From: the human T2T-CHM13v2.0 reference genome, Homo sapiens
Reading direction: 5' to 3' (one strand)
DNA: 64,000 bases
NCBI RefSeq assembly: GCF_009914755.1
Contig: NC_060936.1
Made by a program: the position numbers and the translations under genes. The notes beneath the pieces are model-generated. The model was not told the origin of the DNA, made no database searches, and worked only from the letters and a program-made list of their open reading frames with translations. Numbering within the stretch: the first letter of the stretch is position 1; every line of letters starts with the position of its first letter. Of this stretch, positions 1 through 58,620 are shown piece by piece.

Positions 1-61
1 TAGGTAATATTATTTTTTAAATATACATTTGCCAAGTCAATGATTTAAAAAATTATATTTA

Positions 62-394
<333 letters not shown>

Positions 395-515
395 TAAAGT
401 CTTTCAAGCATTTGCTGAACATCTGCTGTGTTACATACTTTGCTGGAAACTTTCACAGATATTATCTCACCTACATGCACAACAGTTCTTTGAAGCATGT
501 AGAATATCTTCTCTG

Positions 516-645
516 TTTTTTTTTTTTTTTTTTGTAGAGACAGGGGTCTTGCTATATTGCCCAGGCTTATTCCTGGGCTTCAGCAATCCTCCGTCCTTGG
601 CCTCCCGAAGTGTTGGAATTACAGGCATGAGCCACCAAACCCAGC
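516..645 (-). mobile_element. Alu monomer (FLAM-like)
   Basis: Poly-T followed by antisense left-arm sequence. Confidence 0.8.
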
Positions 646-2659
646 CAATTATCTCCTTTTTATAGAGGAGGAAACTTAAGGCTTGGGCTAACTTAGGTTT
701 CACGGTAAGCCCTGCCACACACCAGCTGTGTAATCTGGGGGGGGAATTTTCAACCTCTCTGAGCTCAAGAATACTAATGAGCTGACCCTCTTGAAAGTTC
801 TTGTGTTTCTTCTGTCCTATAAGCTTGGGTCCTAAACTGTAGAGGACCAGGAAGCCAGGCGGATGCTGTAATATTCCTGAGTACAAAAAAACCTACCATC
901 TCACACATCCAGAGTCTGTCCTCTGCAACTTTAGAAATTACCTGGAAAGGAGCCTATCACAATTAGTAGGTCCTGTATGAGTAAAGATATCGACTGCACG
1001 TAGTAGAACCTTCCTACCTGTTTACTGAATGAAGGCATGTGAACTAGGTGATTACTACCCACTTACAAACCTACATCTCATTCCTCCATCACAATTTCTG
1101 CCTCAGGACTTTGCACAAGCTGTTCCCTCTCTCTGCAATACTTTTCCTCCCAAACTTTTACCTGATTAATTCCTACTCATCATTAGGGCTGTGCTCAAGA
1201 GTCACCTCCCCCAGATGGGGTTAGGACCCCTTGCCTTATCCCTTTATGCCATTGGGCACTCTGTCTTTGTAGTAATTTCCACCACTGCAATCCACTGAGG
1301 ATGCACATAATTTCCTAAGGGCTATTTCTCTCTCTCACTAAATCATAAGTTCCAAAGGACACAGCCCCTCTCTTTTTGTTCACTGCTGTGTCGCCGGTAC
1401 TTACCACATGTCCAGTCTAAAGCAAGCACCCACCAAATACATTATAGGACTGTAACAATGTGCATTGTGTGCCTTGCCATGGTTTTATCAACACCATGAT
1501 GAAACTACATTAACTCTTGGACATTGCATCCTTAATCCTACTGATTCAGTGAAAAGATCCACTATAACAATCATTTAGAACCCAAAGAGGTTAACCTGTA
1601 TTGGTTATGAAATGACAGTGTCCCTTGTCTGATTTGTGAAACTTGCTGTGAACATATTTTTAATGATTTTCCAATGGTGGCAACTGTTTGAGTGGTGGGG
1701 TGGGGATGCAGATTCCTAATTTGGATGATGTTCCTCTGAAAGCATAAGACTGACTGTTGTATAGAGTTGATAAAATTAGTTTCAAAGGCAATGTCTTCAA
1801 AGACAACTTTTTTTTTTTTAAAACTGAACCCATCAGAATAAATATCTATTTGGAGCACAGTCAGAACCTGTTCAGTGAAACTTTACTAATGCAGTCCTTT
1901 GGGGGAACGGGAAAGCCATTGACCTAGTTTCTCCATTGCACTTGAAAGAAGCTGAATTGTCATTTCTTTATAATTAATTCACACTTCTCAGGGCTTCTTT
2001 GCCTGGGAAAGGTCCCAGGGGACCTGATTAAATGAATAACTTGTAATCAACAAGCCAATTGTTTCTTTTTCAAGGGGATGTGGCATATTTGATAGCTCTT
2101 GATAATTTGAGGGATGCGGGCATCAAAATTACAAAAACAGAACAAATCTGCTGCACAAATGTACTCACCAATTTGCTGCTCTCTTCTGTCCCATATGTGT
2201 TTTAGAGCTCAAGTTCACAAATCCTAGATCCATGGATTTAAAATCAATATCTGATTCACTGATGGTTCATAAAGTTATTTGCAGTAGAACCCCCAAAACG
2301 CCTGGCTCCAACAATTAATTCAGAGAAAGAGATTCTTGAAAAACCCAAACATTAGGTGTTACATATAATATGACCGATACCATTTTAAATCAGTTGGAAT
2401 TCCTAAAGACTTTTCTTCTCCAGTGCCTACACAAATTCCATTAAAACAAGTAACCTCATTCCAGGGATATAAACCATATATTCAGCTTCATCACACTCAA
2501 GGACAATGGATCCCAAATTCTCCTGCGATGGGCATGAGAAATCACGTGAGGTGAGAAATTCACATGCAAGACAACCTCTTCCTGTTTCCTCCAATTCCTA
2601 TCCCCTCTATTCAGTCGGTAGAAAGAACAGGAAAAAAAAAAAATGGGTGTTCAACTTCC

Positions 2660-4263
2660 TTGTACTTGTTTAAGCACATGGTATTTATTAGGCATTAATT
2701 GGCACACAAATATAAGGCACGAGTACTTAATCCTCACCCTCCCCCCTTAGCAACGTAAAGAGACATAATCGCATAGGGACACTCACTTACAAACACACTC
2801 ACACTCTCTCACGTACTTAAACACACTCAGCCTCACATCTTACCCTGTTCTCTTTATTAGGGTCTGTTTATAAAAAAGGAAAAAAAAATTCTTTTTAATC
2901 AAAAAAAGCAAAGCACATTCGAAAGAGGAAAAAAACAAAAAAAAACAAAAAAACACAAACTTGGTTTTGAGTATCAATAAAATTAAAAGCTCTTGGCCAG
3001 CTCCTATGCTGGGTTTCATTTCATGTTATTACTTAATTAGAATTCCTATTTATAAATAAATAGTACCAGTAAAATATTACATCTGAAGAACCCTACCATA
3101 ACACTTTACTTACACACTTTTTTTAATACTGTTTTCGGCTTTCAGTAAACACAGTTTTGTGTCGGCATTGGTGTGGGCGTGGTTTCTTTGGCGAGATATC
3201 ATTGGTGACTGTGTCTTGCCTCTTCTGTAGGAATTGTGCATTTTGCTTGACATCCAGTTTGGGTTGTTGGTGATGGAGGTTTGGAAGGTTGGGGCTGGCC
3301 TTGTTTTTTTCAAAAAAAATTTTTTTAATCAGGAAGAATATTTATTTTGGCTTTTTGTCCACAACTCTTGTCAACACAGAGCTTGCACTGTTATCACAGT
3401 CCTGCCTACATGTAAACGGGGGCTTTTTAAGTTTTTCAAAGCAAGCTTTCCGGAAGGGAAGCTATAGGCCACGTTTTAGCGACAGACAGCTGGAAAGACA
3501 GAGCTGGCAAGATGGTAGGGCTGAATAAGATAGGATGCCAGGGAGCGTCAGTGTTATCCTGACTCCATGGGTAAGTAGAGGCAAAACTGAGCACGTGATA
3601 TTGGAGAAGGCAGGACAAAACCAAAGCAAATGGGGACATACAGAGGCTTTTCAGAAACATCACATGGCAGAGGTAGGTGCTTTTCTTAGTCAAGGGGAAA
3701 CGTGAATTTAGGTTTCAGGGATGGTTTACTTGAAGGGAATCCCGCAAGTACATATTTTGAAATATACTTGCCTCAGACCTCCCCCCAAATAAGGGACTGG
3801 GTCCCATTAAGAAAATTGAAAGAAAAAAATATATTATCATTTATTATATAACAATGTCAACATTAACACCAAGACAGGGACAGACTCCAACTACGCACTA
3901 GGGAAAAACACTCAATGAGGCAAGACTTTCTAGAGCCCAAAAGAAGGAATGGGGGAAGAGATCTGGGGAGTAGCGTGAATGTGGCTGGTTGATGGGTGTG
4001 GTGGTAGTGGGGGGTGGGACTCATCTTTTTGTGTTTGTTTTTTTAAGTTTTGAGACAAAACAAGAAAGTCACATTTTTAAAATTGTGGTTTCAAGCTACT
4101 GATTAGATCAGCATCCAGCGACCTTGAGTGCAGATGTGAACATTGGGTGAAATGAAAAATCTTGTCCGTGGGGTTCTCTTGGCTACTGTCTCTCTCCTTC
4201 TCTCTCTTTCTCCTCTCTCTCTCTCTTTCTCTAGGAAATGTCTGTTGTGAAGCAGGCCTCACT
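2660..4263 (-). other. TBX5: TBX5 3'UTR (~1.6 kb)
   Basis: Follows the stop codon, is U/A-rich and has no interspersed repeat. Ends about 20 nt after AATAAA at 2689-2684, with a U-rich tract downstream (A-run 2632-2643 on +). End is approximate. Confidence 0.8.
2684..2689 (-). terminator. Distal polyadenylation signal AATAAA of TBX5
   Basis: tttatt on + strand, followed on the transcript by a U-rich downstream element; position fits the recalled mRNA length. Confidence 0.75.
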
Positions 4264-52750
<48,487 letters not shown>

Positions 52751-53399
52751 CTAGTGACAGGAGGGAGCAGTTTGGCCCCCAGTTTCCAGCTACCAGCACC
52801 TCCGTTCCCAGCCGAAGGTGACTGCAGAAGGCCCTAGAATTATTACTGTTACTAGTATTCCTAGTAGTATTACTATTACTTTATAAGCAGGCACAACTTC
52901 TTGCAAAAGACCCGCGTCAGACCCGGAGGAGGTGAGGCCCGCATCTCCCCTGCGCAGGCTCTCCGTGATAAGCAAGCTGCCCGTCAAATTTGTCTGGACT
53001 TCTGGAAGAGCCAATAAAGATAAGGCGTGGGTATTTTTGGAAGCCACTGGGTAGGAACCAAAAACAAAACAAAACAAAAACCCAGTGTCCTTTAGAGAAT
53101 TTCTTTCTTCGCCAAATTACAAGATGCCGTCGAAACTCTTTTTATTAAACCTCACAAGAGGAATAGTTTTCTGCAGCAGGCAGAAATGTGTGAAATAACC
53201 CGCCTCTTGCAAAAAGAAAAACACAGAAGGGGAAGGTTGTGCAGATTGAGACTAGGTTCAAAAGAGAATTCATATACACCTTTTACCAGTTACAGGCCTT
53301 AACATTAAAAGTCCTTTAAAATTAAACATCCTTTTCTTTATCCCAACCTTAAGTAAGATTCGTTAAAAGATAAAAAGTAGCCAAACAGAAGACTAGATG

Positions 53400-55460
53400 A
53401 AGAAAGTCACCGTGCAGCCGTTCCGAGGAAGGCTCGTCACTGGGTGCCCGCCACCAGCGCTCTGATGCCGGGCGGGGGATGGCGGGCATTTTGTGGAGTG
53501 ACCAGGCCGAAAGGGGTTTCTCTGAACTTCAGCCAGGCCTGGCCTGCTAAAACTGCAGGCTCAGGCTCAGGATTGGCGAGGACAAAATCATTCTCGGATA
53601 AGTCCTAGGCTGGAGACATTGAATCTGCAGCCCGGGTCCCCGCAATGCATAGAACGGCCCGGGTTTGCAGGCGTATGAGCTTAGAACACACAAAATAACT
53701 GCCGCAGAGCTGTTCAAGCCCGATGAGCCTGTCTCCTGCTCTCTGATCTCCTTCCAATCTCTTCTATACGCAAGTAGGAATTCCCCCTAGAACGGGAAGA
53801 CTTTGGGAAGCGGGCACAAGCGATGGTCCCCCAAAACCTCAGCAGCTGCTTAAGCAAGCGGCCAGATCCCACCCTGACCTGCTGTGGCCAGAGATCTAGA
53901 AATGGGGCCGAGGAGAAGGACAGCTTCTGAGGCCTGACTTGCAAGCAGCTTTCTTCGCCTCGTTCTCGGGGCTTCAGGGAGGCGGCGACTGGAGCCCCGC
54001 TGCCTACTCACAACAAAAGAAAGCAGGGCTGGCGCCCCTACACGCGCTCCCATTCACTGCCGGCCGCGGGGAGAATCCTACCCCGCGCCCTCGCCAGGGT
54101 CCCGGGGAGCTCTGGGCTGGCGGAGGCGAACAAGATGCGGTTTGACAGAACCAGGCCGTGCTTCTGCAAACCTCAATGCCGCTCCGCCAGCCGCGGCGGC
54201 CTCCCAGACTCCATTTGCCGGGGAGCTCCGAGCCGCGCAAAATCTCTGCAAGCTGTGCTCTGCAGAATGCAAAGCCGGGCTGGAATCCGCCATTCCCGCC
54301 GCCCCAGCCGACTCGGCCGACGAGCTCCCTCCTGAGCCTCCCGGGCCATCTGCCGGGACGGTTACCTCGTTCGGTGAAGCCGGTGCATTCACCACATCCT
54401 CTGCTGCTCCTAGCAGGGAAGCCGGCGGTGAGGCGGGGGAGCAGGCATGGTGGCTCCGGGGTTTATGCGGGGTTTACTGCTTACCCAGAATAGCGGCTAC
54501 TGCTGCCTACTAGGGCGCACCTACCGCTGGAGCCTCCGCGGCGACTGCCCACCTCCAACACACACCTCCTCTGCTGTGCGCTTGCTCTCCCTAAATACTT
54601 CCCAGTTGGCAAGCGCCAAAGAACACAAAATAGCCTCCAAGAGCACCGGCAACCATATAATCTCAGTGCCCCGCTCCTCCTTTACACCCCCAGGGAGGGA
54701 AAGTTGGAAGCCCAGTGAATGGTCGAAGTCCTTTCTGAGCGCAGCTTTCAGGATTAAAGTTCCCGGATTCGAGGTAAGAGTCAGTCTCTCTCACTCTCTC
54801 TCCCTCTCTCTCTCTCTCTGAAATACAAGCCAACTCAGCTGAGCACAGTGACGTTGGGTTGCCTCGATGCTCACAAAGTACTGAAATCGCCTATCCAACT
54901 AGCTCCCACTGCACTCTGTCGCCCTCCCCCTTCTCTCTCCCTCCCACCCTCCCGTCCTCCCTTCCCCCCACCCCAAATTTCCACTAGATTTCCCGAACAC
55001 TCAAATCACAATACGACTCTCAACACAGACCTGCAATAACTCCCTCCTCTCTACCCCTTTCCCAACCTCCATCCATCTCTGCTTCTCTGAGCAAGCGGTG
55101 GCTGCAAAAACTCCTGCACAAATCATTTCAAACGCGGTCGGCTTCTAATCGGGAAGTAATCTCAGTGACGCTGGCGGTGCAGAGAACCGAGTCTGGACGC
55201 ACACACACAAACACACCGCGGGCCTCCGCAGCCTTGCAGACATTCTCTCCAACGCTGACCTCGAGAAGGAGAGCTGCCTGACCCCGCCTGGCCGGCGCTC
55301 GCCTTCCTGACATCTCCCCTCCACCCCCTACTCATCACCCCTACTCTCAACGACTCTGGGGTGAAGGCAGGGTGAAGGTGCATTGGGATGGGGGCCGAGA
55401 TCAAAGATGCTAAGAAATCGCTGCGGGCCCTCACCCCCCACCCAGTGGGGCCACCAGACG
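53400..55460. promoter_or_regulatory. CpG island and proximal TBX5 promoter
   Basis: CpG-dense; contains the first-exon donor, (CT)n at 54785-54819 and C-rich tracts. Confidence 0.8.
54366..54880 (-). other. TBX5: TBX5 proximal non-coding first exon (5'UTR)
   Basis: Donor GAG|gtaacc at 54366/54365 in a CpG island, with a G-rich promoter upstream (C-rich on +, 54920-55080). TSS is approximate, from recall of the gene model. Confidence 0.7.
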
Positions 55461-56551
55461 TCCCCTGCTCCAGGTGTACACAAGGCAGTGCCCAGTTTTA
55501 TTAAAATAATCAAACAGTCACTGGGGACTGGCTAGGGTTTTCATCTCCACTGGTCTCCTCTCCTTGCCCTTTCCCTCTCTGAGATGTATTTTTTTTTTTT
55601 AGGGTGAGTTGAAGAGGTCAATAAAAGCACAAACACAGTCAGTAGGTCTCAGTCTGAGCAGACCCAGATTGGGACACCGAATATTGGTGCTTGGAGTAAA
55701 TGTCAGGAGTCCTGTTCTGTTTCCCATCCTTACCTCCTGTACCCCCATCATACTGATTTTTCTAGGGTTCTGATAAGAGACTTGGGCCTGCAAGTCAAGG
55801 TCTGGAGAAAGGGATGGAGGGAGGAGAAATGCCCCGAGGTCAGCAGCTGTGTAACCCTCTGTGACTGCTCTGCTAAAATCCCAGGCCAGGCCATTGCTGC
55901 AAAATGCCAAAGTGGAGAATCTCCAACCCTGAATGTGGGGCAACCGGGGAGAAAGCCAGCCCTCCTTTGCTATGGTGCTCACTCCACCTTCCAGGTTTGT
56001 TTGCAAACAGATATTTTCCCTTTGCCCAGGCGATGTATTTATTTGTGAAAACACCCTCACCCTCCAAGTCAGCTTGGAGGCCTTTAGGCTTGCTGGCAAG
56101 GCGACCCTAGGCCGAAGACACGAAAAACAAACATGGCATCGGAAGAAGGCTGAACCGCTACATCTCCAGTAGAGGGAAAGGGAAATCCAGAAAGACCTTC
56201 CCAATCCCTTTAAGTTCTCAGAGATTTGGGGATAAAATTAATTCCCATAAATAATCTTCAGGCCCCTCCAGAGAGGAAAAATCTGGACTCTCCCAGGTAA
56301 TAGCCCAGCCAGATTTGCTTAGCTCATTGAGCACAGATGGTCTGGGCCACCAAGCAAAATAGGGATTTTCAAACCTTTCGAGAGAATCCATTCTTGCCAG
56401 GTGACACACGAAGCCATTCTTATTTCGTTCATGAGAAGTAGCAGCACAGCAAGAGAAGATTCAGCAAGACTAAGACGGGGTGAAAAGCCAAGGAGGGCCA
56501 AGTGCAAAGAGAAACCTATTTCCCCCCTCAGTCCTCCAGGGTGAAACTCAC

Positions 56552-57180
56552 CTCCAACTATCCCACCTCTTCTTTGGAGCGCAAAAGCCAGGAGTGCGCC
56601 TCGCTGGAGAGCAGGGCTCAGGTGAAGACTTTGAAAAGGACCACCAAAAGAGACCTCTTTAGGCCAGGTCTTCTTCCAACGTCTGTCAAGAAGAGCACGT
56701 ACCTCCCAGCTCAAGGTTGGTTTGTGGTCTCCGACAAATTAAATATTACTGTTTATTACCAGGCATACCCCAGTAAAATAAAGAGGCAACCAGGCGATAG
56801 CGACTATCTCACCAGCCGCTGCACCTATAGGACTTGGAGACGTCACGAGTCACGCAACCGGCCCGCGCGCTGTCACGTTTGGCTGGGGGGCAGCGGCGGG
56901 AGGTAAATTTCTCTCCGTCTTCGCCTATCAGTGCCGGGTCTGCGCAGCCACAGGTTCCGGACGTCTTGGCCCCGGGAATAAATAAAGACATAAACCAACC
57001 CGGCTTTCTCCGGAGGAATGAGGGTGATGAACATAAGACACAAATAGAGCCAAGATCGACTTTCTTAGGAAGGGGGAGAGGAGGGAACTCTTCACGAAGG
57101 GAGGTGGGAGTCCACCTCAGACCTCTATTGGAAGGAAATCGAGTTGTTCCGGGGGACTGAGGTCTCTTGCATAAGGCATG
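56552..57180 (-). other. TBX5: TBX5 distal alternative non-coding first exon
   Basis: Consensus donor GAG|gtgagt at 56552/56551. An AT-rich TATA-like tract (minus-strand ATTTAAAAATAATAAT, 57188-57213) lies just upstream of the inferred start. TSS is approximate. Confidence 0.7.
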
Positions 57181-58620
57181 GGATCCTTATTATTATTATT
57201 ATTATTTTTAAATCCCCCGCGGAGGAGCTCTGGGCAAATGAATACCGAGGCGCCGCTCTAGCTGGTTAGGCTTGGGATGCGATAACTCAGTGCCCTCTTG
57301 CAGACTTGCATAGAAATAATTACTGGGTTGTCGTGGAGGGGACACGAGACAGAGGGAGTTCTCCGTAATGTGCCTTGCGGAGAGAAAGGTCCAAGAATGC
57401 AATTCGTCCCAGAGTGGCCCGGCAGGGGCGGGGTGCGAGTGGGTGGTGGAGTAGGGGTGGGAGTGGAGAGAGGTGGTTTCTGTAGAGAATAATTATTGTA
57501 CCAGGGCCCGCCGAGGCACGAGGCACTCTATTTTGTTTTGTAATCACGACGACTATTATTTTTAGTCTGATCAATGGGCACAATTTCTAAGCAGCGCAGT
57601 GGTGGATGCTCGCAAACTTTTGCGCACCGCTGGAAACCCACTAGGTTGAGTTGCAAAACGTACCGCGTAGACGCCCCTGGTGGCGCCGAGAGAAGAGCTA
57701 GGCCTGCCCAGCACAGAGCCGGAGAGCGTCGGGCCTTCCGGAAGGGTAAGTTCTCCGCCAAGGGGTCCCGAGGGAGCTGGACGTCTGAATCTGGACTTGC
57801 CCCCAGCTTCGGGGTTCGATTCTGGGTTTTGCGCGTCCCCAACCCCCAGGGCTTTCCGAAGCATGGCCTGGCTCCAGGCCCGGTCCTGTAAGGACTGGAA
57901 CGGCAGCAAAATGTGCAGGGAGGCAGTCGGCCGGCAGAGCTGCGGCGGGAGCCAAGGTCAGGCCCGCGGGGAGAGCGGGCAGCTTCCAGCGCCGGCCACA
58001 AGCTCCCAGGCCAGCTGGGCCGCAGACCCCTTTGCTTCCAGAGAGCACAACCCGCGTCCTTTCTCTCAGCCAGGCTGCAGTGGCTGCCCCGAGCTTCGCT
58101 TTCGTTTCCCAAGCTGTTAATAACGATATGTCCCCAAATCCGAGGCTCGTGTTTGCTCCCAGATGCCAAGAACGCAACCCGAAATCCTTCTCCCAAACCC
58201 TAGGTCGACGAGATGAGTTCCTACTTGACCTCTGAGCCGAGGTGGGCCGGAAACCGAGGCCTAGGCCCCGCCGGGGCTGCAAGGAAAAGGGGAAACTCCG
58301 AGCGTAGCGTCTTTTCCTTGTGGTTCCTTTCTCCGGCATCCCGGACTGCGGGCCCTGCAGCCACCTGGACCGGCATTCAAAGGATTCTGCAAGTCCAGCT
58401 TCACAGACTGGCTTTCCCAGACGCTCCGAAGCCCGCACCACGAACAGAATAAAGGAGAGACGAGAGATCGCAACTAGATTTGAGAATCCTCGTTCTTTTC
58501 CCCAATCGTTCGGGCAGTAAACTCCGGAGCCGGCTACAGCGCGCATCCTCCCTTCCTCCTTTCGGAGAACTGTCGCTTTCCCGAAGCTGCTCCCAGCTGG
58601 GTTTTCTCCCGAAGTTTATT
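56780..58620. promoter_or_regulatory. CpG island and bidirectional promoter (distal TBX5 TSS and TBX5-AS1)
   Basis: CpG-dense, with GC box GGGGCGGGG at 57425-57433 and CRE-like GACGTCA at ~56839. Confidence 0.8.

Noticed and set aside
55599-56204. 201-aa ORF between the two first exons
   Set aside because: Intronic, non-ATG start and no similarity that I recognise.
57528-58546. 282-aa and 222-aa ORFs in the upstream CpG island
   Set aside because: Stop-poor GC-rich DNA with ORFs in all frames, mostly non-ATG starts, and no recognisable domain.
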